Positions 22,070 to 31,931 of a stretch of DNA of 64,000 nucleotides are shown here, in pieces; position 1 is the stretch's first letter, and every line of letters starts with the position of its first letter. Origin of the DNA: an uncultured delta proteobacterium (lineage in GTDB: Bacteria; Myxococcota_A; Polyangia; Fen-1088); the NCBI GenBank assembly GCA_963737265.1, contig CAVTRY010000017.1:48279-112278 (forward strand), given 5' to 3'. The position numbers and the translations under genes are program-made. The notes beneath the pieces are model-generated. The model was not told where the DNA came from. It worked only from the letters and a program-made list of their open reading frames with translations, and searched no databases.

Positions 22070-22741
22070 ATGGACCCAATGAAGGACAAGGCCAACCACA
22101 TCCACCACGATGCATCTCTGGCTCAGGAACAAGCATCCATCGCGGCGCCGGTCAGTGACGAAGTCCTTGTCGAGCGCGCCCGCGCCAAGGACGTTGTCGC
22201 ATTCGAAGAACTCGTCGGACGCTACGAGGGCAAGCTCTATCGTCTGGCCATGCGTTTCGTGCGCAACGAAACCGACGCGCAAGAAATCCTTCAGGACGCA
22301 TTTCTTTCCGCTTGGCGCAACCTGCCCGCGTTCGAGGGGAGAGCGCAATTCGGAAGCTGGATGTACCGGGTCACGGTCAACGCGGCACTCATGCTCCTGC
22401 GCAGCCGTAACCGGCACCCCGAGGTCACGGTCGACGATATCGAGCCCACGGTTCTGAACGACGCCGTCGCACAGAGTGGCCAGATCATGGGGACCAATCC
22501 GGATTGGTCGCAGCGGCCCGACGACCAACTGCAATCCGAGGAGATGCGTCGCCACATTCAGGTTTCGGTCGATGCCCTGCCCGACGGACTGCGAACCGTC
22601 TTCCTTCTGCGCGATGTCGAGGAGCTGTCGACCGAGGACACCGCCGACATGCTCGGGCTGTCGGTGCCAGCCGTGAAAACCAGGCTGCACCGCGCGCGTC
22701 TTGCGCTGCGTGAGGCGATTGGCCGCTACTTCGCGCGTTGA
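22070..22741 (+). CDS. ECF (sigma-70 group 4) RNA polymerase sigma factor
   Basis: AFEELVGRY, DAQEILQDAFLSAW, FGSWMYRV, region 4 TADMLGLSVPAVKTRLHRAR. Confidence 0.92.
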   Translation: MDPMKDKANHIHHDASLAQEQASIAAPVSDEVLVERARAKDVVAFEELVGRYEGKLYRLAMRFVRNETDAQEILQDAFLSAWRNLPAFEGRAQFGSWMYRVTVNAALMLLRSRNRHPEVTVDDIEPTVLNDAVAQSGQIMGTNPDWSQRPDDQLQSEEMRRHIQVSVDALPDGLRTVFLLRDVEELSTEDTADMLGLSVPAVKTRLHRARLALREAIGRYFAR

Positions 22742-22746
22742 CGTGA

Positions 22747-25700
22747 GTGATCCCGTCGATCGCCGAGGATTCCCAGTATACTTCTTCGATGATCGTCTGG
22801 CGGTCTTGTATCGGGGGCCGCCTGCTGGCGGTGCTGGTGGCTGTTTTCGGCCTGTCCCGCCTGGCCTGGGCGGCAGCCGATACCAGCGATCCCGTCGAGC
22901 ACGCGCGCGAAGAGCTTCGCAGAAACCACGGCCGCCCCGAAGCGATAGCCGCGTTGTCCACGCTCGCGCGGAACGATGATTTCGCGGCCCCGGGGCGGTT
23001 TGAGCAAGTCTTGCGCGAGCTGGTCGATGGCAAATTGGGCGGCCCGCCCGACCCGCTGGTGCTGGCCCACGCTGCCTATCTCCTATCGCTGGAGGAGGAC
23101 CGACGCGGTGATTTCGGAGCAGCGGAGAGCCGGCGGAAGGCGCTTGGTTTTTTGGGTGATTTCTGGGTGCTGGGTTCCTTCGACGCCCAGGGGCGCAGCG
23201 GCTTCGGCCGGGTCTTTCCGGTCGAGGAAGAGCGCCAGCCGCTCGATCCGCGGGCAAGCCAGCACTATCCCGGAAAGGAACGAGAAGTGTCGTGGCGACG
23301 CGCGCCCGCCGGGGCTTTCGTGCAGGGTGCGATTCTCGTCGATGCGCTTCTGCGTCCCGACAGCGACGCCGTCGCCTATCTACTAACCTACGTCACAAGC
23401 GACCGCGATCGATGGGCGGCGCTGCGGCTTGGTACTTCCGGGCCGGGCAAGGCCTGGCTTGGTGGGAGGGAGGTTTGGGCAAACGATGTGGTGAGGCCGG
23501 CGAGCCTCGACCAGGACGCCGCCCTGGTGCATCTGCGCCGAGGCGCCAATCCGCTCGTCATCAAGACCGTGATCACGCGTGGAAATTGGCGTCTCTTCGC
23601 GCGCCTGACGGATCCCGAGGGGCGCAATCTCATCGGCGTTGCCGCCAGCGCGAACGTTCCTGCTCGGCCGGCTCTTGCCATTCCAAATGAACGTCGCTCG
23701 CATCCCGTTCGCGACCTCGGCAAGATTCTTCGCGACCGCGCCGACCATGCGTCGGCCGTCGACTTGGCGCAGGCCTGGCTCGACGAGGCGCTCTATCTTG
23801 CTTGGGTGATGCCGGTGGACAGCGAGCTCAAGTCCATCGAGACGGCGGCGAACAAAGCTGTTCCAACTGCGAATACCGAACTGTCGTTGCCAGCTATCCA
23901 AGCGCTCCTGCTTTTGGGAAGCGCGGCACGCGAGGAGGACGATAGGCGAGCGGCCCTGGAACGCGCGCTGCCGGCGCTTGCGCGTTCCGACGAGCGGGCC
24001 CGGGTGCTGGCCGATCTCGGCCGACTGGCACGCCTGCAGCACCGCGAGGATGTGGCAATCGCCCGCTGGCGACAAGCCGTCGCGCTCGATCCCCGCTGCG
24101 TCCCGGCCGAATTGGCCCTGGCACGCGAGGAGCAGCGTGCGGGCATGGCCTCGACCGCGCTCGGTCGGCTTTCCGCGCTGCCTGAATCAGCGCGGTTGTT
24201 GCCGCTCGTGCAGGATGCGCTGGCCGACATCCTGGCCTCGCTCGGGCGCCATCGAGAGGCCAATGCTCTGTACCAGTCGATCTACAGCACGCGCCGATCG
24301 GAAACCGGCGCTGCTCGCGACTTGGCCGCCGCTGCCCGCGCACGCGGGGACTTGGTCGAGGCGGCGCGAGTCTATGGTGAGGCGGCGCGCTGGCGCCCAG
24401 ACCTGACCAGCTTCGTGTTCGACCAGGCCGCCATGTTGGAGGGAGCGGGAGAGCAGCGTGCCGCCGAAGGCGTGTTGCGGGCGGCGCTTGCACGCCTGCC
24501 GGAAGATCCGGGCTTGCACGAGGAGCTGGGCAGGCTGCAGGCGCGTACGGGCGAGACCGTTGCCGCCGTCGTCAGCATGCGGCGCGCGCTGGAGCTGCGA
24601 CCGCAAAACCCAAGCCTTCGTCGCTACCTGGAAGCCTTGGCAGCCGCGGCTCGGGAAAAGCGCGACCCTCGATCGGTGACCGATCTAGTGACCCACTATG
24701 GAGCGGACGGCGAGGCCTTGGCACGCGAGGTCCTGTTCGGGCCGGCGCCCAGCGACGATGCGTCGGCGGAGGTCCTGCTCGACCGCAGCGTGGTGCGTGT
24801 GCACGCAAACGGCCTTTCCGAGCGTTTCGTGCAGCGCCTGGTCCATGTCCGCTCGGATCGTGCCGCGCGCGAGAACCAAGAAACCTGGGTCCGCTTCGAG
24901 CCCGGTCGGCAAGAGGTCGAGATCCGCGAGGCACGCATCCTGCGGCGCGCGGCGGACGGCCGCATCGAGGTGTCCGAGGCGACCGGACGCGACGAAAGGG
25001 AGCTGTCCGAGCCGTGGTACGGCCTTTACTACGACGCGAGGGCCGAGATCGTCACGTTCGAGAACCTACGTGCCGGAGACGTGGTGGAGGTTCAATACAC
25101 CGTCGCTGACGTGGCCAATGTCAACGAGCTTGCCGACTACTTCGGCGATTTTCAGATGATCGCGGAGACCTTGCCCACGCGGCGCTGGGACTACACCCTC
25201 ATCGCGCCCAGACGGCGGACGTTTTACTTCAATCAGCCGCGCTTCGCCGGGCTCGTGCGCGAGACGGAGGAGAGCGGACCAGACACTATCTATCGTTTTG
25301 TGGCGGCGCCCGTGGCGCGCGTGGAAAGCGAGCCTTCGATGCCGGGGTTCGCGGAGGTCGCGCCCTACCTGCACGTCAGTACCTATCGGACGTGGGACGA
25401 CGTCGGGCATTGGTACTGGAACCTCGTGGTGGACCAGATGCAGGACGATGGTACGCTGAAAAAGGCCGCCGTCCAGGCCACTGCCGGCGTGACGGACACG
25501 CTCGACAAGGTCAAGGCGATTCACCGTCTGGTTGTGGAAAACACCCGCTACGTGGGGCTGGAATTCGGCATCCACGGCTACAAACCCTACAAATCCACGC
25601 AGGTGCTGTTGCGCAGGTTTGGCGACTGCAAGGACAAGGCGACGTTGCTGGTGGCCTTGCTACGCACGCTCGGCGTCGATTCGGACTTGGTCTTGCTGCG

Positions 25701-26562
25701 CACGCGGCGGGGCGGGCGGATCGACGAGACGCCCGCCTCGTTAGCCGTATTCGACCATGCCATCGTCTACGTTCCGGCGTTCGATCTCTACGTCGACGGG
25801 ACCGCGGAGTTCTCCGGTTTGTCGGAGCTACCCGCCGAGGACCAGGACACCATGGCGCTGCGGGTGTCTCCGCGCGGGATCAAGCTGGTGCGCACGCCGT
25901 TGCTTCCGGCCGCCAGCAATCTGGCGCGCAGGACTTGGACCGCCGACCTGCGTGGCGACGGGGCCGCGCATATCGCCGAGGAGCTTTCGGTCGCCGGTCA
26001 GGCGGCCCACGAATGGCGGGCGCACTACCAAACGCCTGGCGAGCGCATGGAGCGCTACGCGAAGGTGTGGAACGGCAGATTCGCAGGCGCCCAACTAGAA
26101 AAGGTGAGGATGGATCTCGATGACCGCAACCAGCCGGTGCGCGTGACCGCTGTAGTGAACGTTCCGCATTTCGGTGAGTCGCGCGAACCAGGCACGATGG
26201 ACCTGCCCATGAGCTCACGCGAAGCCGACTTCACGCGCACCTATGCCCGGCTGGGCGAGCGGCGTTGGCCCCTGGTGCTGGGCTACCCTTGGCACCATCA
26301 AGAACAAGTCACCTACCACTTGCCGCCCGGAGCGCGTATCGTGCGTGCGCCGAGCACGCATACCATCGCCAGTCCCTTCGGATCATTCACCTCGACGGTG
26401 GAAACCCCTGCGGATAGCGGCGGCATCACCATCAAATCGGAGATCGTGGTCGACCAGAGTCGCATTGCGCGCAACGACTATGCCGCCTTTCGCGCCTTCC
26501 TGCGCGACATCGACGCCGCCCTTTCCGAACGGGTGGTAGTCGACCTCGGGAGAGCGTCGTGA
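22747..26562 (+). CDS. TPR + DUF3857 + transglutaminase-like protein
   Basis: TPRs; RYVGLEFG, GDCKDKATL (Cys), FDHAIVYV (His), YVDGT (Asp); start uncertain. Confidence 0.85.
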   Translation: MIPSIAEDSQYTSSMIVWRSCIGGRLLAVLVAVFGLSRLAWAAADTSDPVEHAREELRRNHGRPEAIAALSTLARNDDFAAPGRFEQVLRELVDGKLGGPPDPLVLAHAAYLLSLEEDRRGDFGAAESRRKALGFLGDFWVLGSFDAQGRSGFGRVFPVEEERQPLDPRASQHYPGKEREVSWRRAPAGAFVQGAILVDALLRPDSDAVAYLLTYVTSDRDRWAALRLGTSGPGKAWLGGREVWANDVVRPASLDQDAALVHLRRGANPLVIKTVITRGNWRLFARLTDPEGRNLIGVAASANVPARPALAIPNERRSHPVRDLGKILRDRADHASAVDLAQAWLDEALYLAWVMPVDSELKSIETAANKAVPTANTELSLPAIQALLLLGSAAREEDDRRAALERALPALARSDERARVLADLGRLARLQHREDVAIARWRQAVALDPRCVPAELALAREEQRAGMASTALGRLSALPESARLLPLVQDALADILASLGRHREANALYQSIYSTRRSETGAARDLAAAARARGDLVEAARVYGEAARWRPDLTSFVFDQAAMLEGAGEQRAAEGVLRAALARLPEDPGLHEELGRLQARTGETVAAVVSMRRALELRPQNPSLRRYLEALAAAAREKRDPRSVTDLVTHYGADGEALAREVLFGPAPSDDASAEVLLDRSVVRVHANGLSERFVQRLVHVRSDRAARENQETWVRFEPGRQEVEIREARILRRAADGRIEVSEATGRDERELSEPWYGLYYDARAEIVTFENLRAGDVVEVQYTVADVANVNELADYFGDFQMIAETLPTRRWDYTLIAPRRRTFYFNQPRFAGLVRETEESGPDTIYRFVAAPVARVESEPSMPGFAEVAPYLHVSTYRTWDDVGHWYWNLVVDQMQDDGTLKKAAVQATAGVTDTLDKVKAIHRLVVENTRYVGLEFGIHGYKPYKSTQVLLRRFGDCKDKATLLVALLRTLGVDSDLVLLRTRRGGRIDETPASLAVFDHAIVYVPAFDLYVDGTAEFSGLSELPAEDQDTMALRVSPRGIKLVRTPLLPAASNLARRTWTADLRGDGAAHIAEELSVAGQAAHEWRAHYQTPGERMERYAKVWNGRFAGAQLEKVRMDLDDRNQPVRVTAVVNVPHFGESREPGTMDLPMSSREADFTRTYARLGERRWPLVLGYPWHHQEQVTYHLPPGARIVRAPSTHTIASPFGSFTSTVETPADSGGITIKSEIVVDQSRIARNDYAAFRAFLRDIDAALSERVVVDLGRAS

Positions 26563-29500
26563 AGGGTCGGGGATCGTTGAGAGGATCGTCGAGAGGATGG
26601 CTGAGCCTGCGCTGGCTGCCGCTGCTGCTGGTCGGCGCGGCCGGTTGCGCGACAGCGTTGCACGGGCGGCGCTTGCTTGACCCGGGATCCGCCAGCGGCC
26701 AGGGCTGGCGGGCCTTGCTTGGCGGCCAAGCGGCCGTCGCGGACGCGGATTTTTCTCGTGCGCTCGCCCTCGATCCTGCCGATCCGGCGGCGCTTTTCGC
26801 GACAGCGAATCTCGCCTACGAACGCGGAGACGACGCGACCGCGCTTACGCACTCACTCGCGTTGCTCCGGTCGGCGAGTCTCGGACAGGACCGTCTTGCG
26901 GTTGCGCTTTCGACCGCCACGTTGTCGCGCATTCCGCGTCTCCTGTCCGAAATCCCGGATCGCCGCTCGGCCGAGGACAAGCTCATTGCCCTGGAGCCGG
27001 AACGCCTGCCGTGGCAGGCCCAATACGCGCTCGCCTTGACCGTCATCGACGTGGCCCGCAGACGCGCGGACGGAAGCCTGCTGGCCCAGGAATCGACCCG
27101 CGCCGGTTGCGTCTCGGCTGTTTCCTATGTGGGAGTCGGTGGGCGGCTGCCCTATCTCGACCTCGGCGGGGAAAGCCAGCTTGCCGAAATTCCGCCGCGC
27201 TCGCTGGAGCCGGCGGGCTGTCAGTTCCAACTAAACGCCGCCGACAACCGGGCCGCGGTCAGAATCCTGCGCTCCGAGGTTGAGCTTCGTCAAGGACGCT
27301 ACGACATCGTGCTCGACTACGCTGGGCCGGCTCGCGTGCGCGTCGATCGCGGGCCGTGGCACCAGCATGGCGGCTCGTCCGATGTCTACGGTCCCCGTTG
27401 GTCGGCGCAACGGCTCGACGTCCCGGCGGGCAAACACGTGATCGAGCTGCGACTTGGGACCTATGGACCGACCGCCGGTGTGGCGCTGCTGGTAGTGCCG
27501 GCGGTCGAGGCAAGGATCGACAATGCGATGGATCCGGCGGAGGCCGCCTTGGCGGACTTATCCGCTGCCCTCGTCGCCAATCTGACCGGCGAGGTCGATG
27601 GCCTTCTCACCCACATTGCACGCCTGTCGGCCAGCTCGCACTTCGCGCTTGGGTTGGCGGCCGCCGCGCGACTCGGCGAAGCGGATCCGACCCGTCCGGC
27701 GGACATCCTGCACGACGAATCTCGCCACCTGTGGCAGCAGGCTCTGGCGGTCGACCCGCACCTGGCCAGGGTTTGGCTCGATCTCGCCAACCTGGAAACG
27801 CAGAGCGATCGGCCGCGCGAGGCGGCCGAAAACGCCGAGCGCGCGCGGCAAGCGGCACCGGGGTGGTGGCCGGCGCATCAGGCTGTGGCCGCGGCTTTGC
27901 GAACGCAGGGGTTCGAGGCACCGGCCGACAGCGCGCTGGCCGCAGGACTGGCGCTGGTCGAGAGCGGGCAGGGCGGATGCCAGTTGCTCGAACGCGGCTT
28001 CCAGCGCGCCCTGGAGCGCGAGGAGCAAAGCTTGGCTGAGCATTTCGCGGACCTGCTCGCTCGCTGCGACGCCCAGAACGACAGCCCGCGCTATTGGGCT
28101 CACAGGCACGGCGATCTCGCCAAGGTCGAATCGCTGCTGCGGCGCGCGCTCGCTACCAGCGCAGAGCCACTCTGGGCGCGCGGAGAAATCGCCGACCTGC
28201 GGCTGGCCCAGGGGGACGCTGGCAGTGCGCAGCAGGAGCTGGCGGCGCTGGTCGATCGGGCGCCCCGCGACGCACATCTTCGCATCCGTCTGGCGGACGC
28301 CCAAATGGCGGCGGGCGCTCCGAATCAGGCGCGCGCGACGATCGTTGAGGCGCTCCAGCTCTTTCCCGGCCGCCAAGACGTAAGGCAGGTAGCGCGCCTG
28401 GCGGGTCTGCCGCTGCCGCTCGATGACTTTCGTCTCGACGGTGCGGCGGTCATCCGCGAATACCTGGCGTCGGGCCGAAGGTACCAGGCCCCCGCCGTGG
28501 TCGTGCTCGACCGCGCCGTCGAGCGGGTGTTTTTCGACGGCACGCGACTCGTTCTCACCCATTCCATCACCCAGGTTCTGAGCAAGGACGCCATCGAGAA
28601 CGTCGGTGAAGTTCAGGTGCCAAGTGGAGCAGAAATCCTCGCGCTGCGCACCCGCAAGGCGGACGGGACCCTGCGCGAGGCCGAGGAGATCGCCGGCAAG
28701 GCAAGCGTTTCAGTTCCCGATCTCGGGGTCGGCGACTTTGTCGAATCGGAAACCCTAGAGGTCAAGGAGCCACGCGAGGCGTTTGCGCCTGGCTTTATCG
28801 GCGAGCGCTTCTTCTTTCGCTCGCCCGAGGCTCCGCTCGATCGCAGCGAGTACCTTCTCGTCGCGCCCAAGGCCATGCCTCTCGACGTGAATCGGCGCGC
28901 CGACGCGCCGGCGCCGGTCGAGTCGGCCGGACCGGACGAAACGCGCGTCCTCAAGTTCGTCGTGCGTGAATCGCCGCAAATTTTTCCCGAGCGCTCCGCG
29001 GTCACTGCGTCCGAGTGGGTTCCTTCGGTGCGCGTATCGAGCGGCGTGACGCTGGAAGCGTGGTCGAGGTTTCTCGCCGATCGCTTGGCACGTGTCTCCC
29101 GCGCTTCGCCCGAGGTGCGCAGAGTAGCGGTGGACGTCGCGCGGCGATCGGGAGCAGATCGCAGCCGACTTCCGGAAGCCATCGTGGCTTGGGTCCGCGA
29201 GCATATCGAGCCCGAGGCCGATATCTGGGAGCCCGCCACGGTCACCCTGGCGCGCAACCGCGGCAACCGCGCCGGACTGATCGTCGCGCTGGCGCGCAGC
29301 CTAAACGTTCCCGCCGACCTGGTGATGGCGCGGTCGCTGCTATTTGCCGAGGCGGACGCTCCAACATCGATGCAGGAGCTGGACGACTTTCACGACTTGC
29401 TCGTGCGCTTTCGCCTGCCTGACGGGGATCGTTTTGTGGATCCGCGGCTGCGGCGCGCCCCCTTCGCCTATCTTCTGCCCGGGCTCGATGGCGCCCCGGC

Positions 29501-30212
29501 TGTCGTGGTTGGGACGAGCGAGAAGGTAAAAGTGGCGGCGGGCGTGAAAGACAGCCGCGAGGTGACCCTGCGCGCGCGGCTGTCATCGGACGGCGGAGCC
29601 ACCGTCGCCGTGACCGAACAGCTTTCCGGCTGGCCGGCGGTCGAGTGGACGGAAATGCTCGATCACGCGGGCAGGGATCGGACAAAGTTGCGCCAAGAGT
29701 TCGAGCAGCACTGGCTTGGGCAACATTTCCCGGGGGCGCAGCTCGGCGAGCTCTTGGTCGAGCCGGGCGAAGGCAGCGCCGGCACGCGCGTGAGCTACAC
29801 CTTCAAGGCAGCGCGCATGGCTGCCCGGCAGGGCGGCGTGCTGCGCTTGCGCCCGGCATTTTTTCAATCCCAACCCGGTCGGCGTTTCGGCACCGAGCCC
29901 AACCGCAAAACCGCGCTCATGCTGGGCTTCGATGTTCCGCTGGACCTTGACGCCGAAATCGAGCTGCCACTCGGTGCAAAGGTTCTGGAGCTAGGGCAGG
30001 GGGTCGACGTGGTCGCTGGCGGCGCTCGCTTTTCCGAACAGCGGCGAGTGAGCTCCGTGGGCGAGGCAGCGGTGAGCATCACCTTGCACCGCCAGTCGCA
30101 CCTCCCCATCATGCGCGTGCTGCCCGGCGAATATCAGGACTTCGCCACCAAGTTGCGCGCGGTTGATCCAATCGAACAAGCCGAAATCCGCATCGCGGTG
30201 CCAGGAAAGTAG
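26559..30212 (+). CDS. TPR + DUF3857-like putative lipoprotein with degenerate transglutaminase domain
   Basis: Lipobox-like LVGAAGC; TPRs; similar C-terminal layout to upstream gene but RNRGNRAGL lacks the Cys; GTGA overlap. Confidence 0.7.
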   Translation: MKGRGSLRGSSRGWLSLRWLPLLLVGAAGCATALHGRRLLDPGSASGQGWRALLGGQAAVADADFSRALALDPADPAALFATANLAYERGDDATALTHSLALLRSASLGQDRLAVALSTATLSRIPRLLSEIPDRRSAEDKLIALEPERLPWQAQYALALTVIDVARRRADGSLLAQESTRAGCVSAVSYVGVGGRLPYLDLGGESQLAEIPPRSLEPAGCQFQLNAADNRAAVRILRSEVELRQGRYDIVLDYAGPARVRVDRGPWHQHGGSSDVYGPRWSAQRLDVPAGKHVIELRLGTYGPTAGVALLVVPAVEARIDNAMDPAEAALADLSAALVANLTGEVDGLLTHIARLSASSHFALGLAAAARLGEADPTRPADILHDESRHLWQQALAVDPHLARVWLDLANLETQSDRPREAAENAERARQAAPGWWPAHQAVAAALRTQGFEAPADSALAAGLALVESGQGGCQLLERGFQRALEREEQSLAEHFADLLARCDAQNDSPRYWAHRHGDLAKVESLLRRALATSAEPLWARGEIADLRLAQGDAGSAQQELAALVDRAPRDAHLRIRLADAQMAAGAPNQARATIVEALQLFPGRQDVRQVARLAGLPLPLDDFRLDGAAVIREYLASGRRYQAPAVVVLDRAVERVFFDGTRLVLTHSITQVLSKDAIENVGEVQVPSGAEILALRTRKADGTLREAEEIAGKASVSVPDLGVGDFVESETLEVKEPREAFAPGFIGERFFFRSPEAPLDRSEYLLVAPKAMPLDVNRRADAPAPVESAGPDETRVLKFVVRESPQIFPERSAVTASEWVPSVRVSSGVTLEAWSRFLADRLARVSRASPEVRRVAVDVARRSGADRSRLPEAIVAWVREHIEPEADIWEPATVTLARNRGNRAGLIVALARSLNVPADLVMARSLLFAEADAPTSMQELDDFHDLLVRFRLPDGDRFVDPRLRRAPFAYLLPGLDGAPAVVVGTSEKVKVAAGVKDSREVTLRARLSSDGGATVAVTEQLSGWPAVEWTEMLDHAGRDRTKLRQEFEQHWLGQHFPGAQLGELLVEPGEGSAGTRVSYTFKAARMAARQGGVLRLRPAFFQSQPGRRFGTEPNRKTALMLGFDVPLDLDAEIELPLGAKVLELGQGVDVVAGGARFSEQRRVSSVGEAAVSITLHRQSHLPIMRVLPGEYQDFATKLRAVDPIEQAEIRIAVPGK

Positions 30213-30301
30213 GCCGCGCTCTTCCACAAAGTTCCACAGGGCTGCGTCTGTTTGCCACCAGACAGCCCACGCTGAATGGCGGCGTGGCGGCGATAGGGTA
30301 C

Positions 30302-30329
30302 TTGACAAAATCTGGCCCAGAGACAATAT
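30302..30329 (+). promoter_or_regulatory. Candidate sigma70 promoter
   Basis: TTGACA - 16 nt - CAATAT upstream of the membrane protein gene. Confidence 0.35.
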
Positions 30330-30392
30330 CGCATCGCAAACGTAACACCCCAATGGAAGCTGCGTCGTCTGGCCTCGTGTGGTGCGCGCATT

Positions 30393-31907
30393 GTGAGGCG
30401 GCTGGCGGCGCAATCACCGGTTATTGCCGCATTCCAGGCGACGCTGGTGCCGAAGGCTGAGGCCCATATGGCGACGTGCGGTAAAGTGGCTTCCTGGCTA
30501 TCTTCCGTGCGTCGGTGGGGCACCGCCGACTGGCTCGCGGTGCTCGTGAACGCATTGGGCCTAGCACTGCGCGTTGAGCATGCCTGCACGTTCGACAGCG
30601 TAGAGCATGGCGCCGACTACCTTCGCCACATGGAGGGCGTCAACTGGATGATGCACCACTGGCGCCCTTTCGACTTCACGCCCGACATCAGCTGGACAAC
30701 CAGCTATCAGGGCCCGCTCTGGTACGCCGTGGGCGGGGTCATCAAGCTGATATTCCAAAGCGATCGCGCGCTGGCGAGCATTGCGGTGCTGGGTTGGGTC
30801 GTGCGTCAGTTCGTGCTGAGCCGTTTCATGGCGCACACCATTCCACGGAAAAAATGGGCGACACTAATCGTGCTCACCTTCGGCGCGTTCCTACCCATCA
30901 GCGTCGAGACCGACGGCACCATCAACCCCGAAACCTTGCACAGCACGATGTTCGCCGTCGGGGCGTTCTGGCTCTGGCGAATGGAACTCGAAGCGCGACG
31001 GCCGACGGGGATCCGCACCAGTACGGCGCTGATTTTCGGCGTGTCTGCCGGCTTTGCGGTCTTGACCAAGGCGACCTCGGGGACCCTTCCTCTGGCTGCG
31101 GCGTTACTCGTGGCTTGGCAGACTTTCGATGCGCGTGCGCGCGGGGAGAGCTTTCGCACGACCTGGCAGCGGCTGTTGCGCCCGAACGTACTCGCGGGTC
31201 TCGCGTGGTGCGTCGTGGCAGGCGGCTGGGTCGGCCCGAATCTACTAAAATATCATCACCCGTTCCCACACGCCTGGGATCTTCACCCGCACATGCTCGA
31301 TGACATTCCTGAGGCGCAGTTCCCGTTTCTGTATCGCAGACCGCTCGGGTGGGCACTGCCGTTCGATTGGCATCCTTGGCTCGAAGAGCCGCTGCAGCAA
31401 TCGTATCTCGTGCCCCGACCCAACGCTTGGGCCCAATTCATCACTGGCACGTGGGCGGATTTGATCAACCGCGGCTTCTGTCGCCTTCATGGTGGCGGCG
31501 TGACGACCAAGTTTTTCGACGGTTGGCCGGTGAGCGGCCGCTGCGTTCAAGTGATGTCCGTACTCGCCCACGTCGGTCTTTTCATGAGCGTGGTCGTGGT
31601 GTTCTTTTTGCTACGCAATGCCGTGAAGTCCCTGCGTAGCGCACGACAAGAGGGCACGCTCGCGCTGCCCCTCGTTGCGATGCTCTGCTTTGGGTTCACG
31701 TTCCTCTTTACCCTGAAGTATCCGGTCGACGGGATGGTGTCGACCAATGCACGCTACATTTTGCCAATCTCAATCCCGCTGATGGCATCGCTCGGTATCG
31801 GTCTGTCCGATATCAGGCGCAATCGCTTGCGATGCGTGGCGCTTTCATTGCTTGGTGTCATCGCGACGCTGGTCGCCGTATTGGTGACCTACGAGCGTTG
31901 GGGGTGA
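30393..31907 (+). CDS. Polytopic membrane protein, GT-C/ArnT-like glycosyltransferase
   Basis: About 11 TM segments; D..RH, YQGPLWY, INPETL, AVLTK, ARYILP; start may be 30468. Confidence 0.55.
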   Translation: MRRLAAQSPVIAAFQATLVPKAEAHMATCGKVASWLSSVRRWGTADWLAVLVNALGLALRVEHACTFDSVEHGADYLRHMEGVNWMMHHWRPFDFTPDISWTTSYQGPLWYAVGGVIKLIFQSDRALASIAVLGWVVRQFVLSRFMAHTIPRKKWATLIVLTFGAFLPISVETDGTINPETLHSTMFAVGAFWLWRMELEARRPTGIRTSTALIFGVSAGFAVLTKATSGTLPLAAALLVAWQTFDARARGESFRTTWQRLLRPNVLAGLAWCVVAGGWVGPNLLKYHHPFPHAWDLHPHMLDDIPEAQFPFLYRRPLGWALPFDWHPWLEEPLQQSYLVPRPNAWAQFITGTWADLINRGFCRLHGGGVTTKFFDGWPVSGRCVQVMSVLAHVGLFMSVVVVFFLLRNAVKSLRSARQEGTLALPLVAMLCFGFTFLFTLKYPVDGMVSTNARYILPISIPLMASLGIGLSDIRRNRLRCVALSLLGVIATLVAVLVTYERWG

Positions 31908-31931
31908 GCTGGCGAGGATGCTGACAGTTCT

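Noticed and set aside
30221-30239. Two TTCCACA motifs as DnaA boxes / origin
   Set aside because: Imperfect, only two, with no AT-rich unwinding region or origin-linked genes
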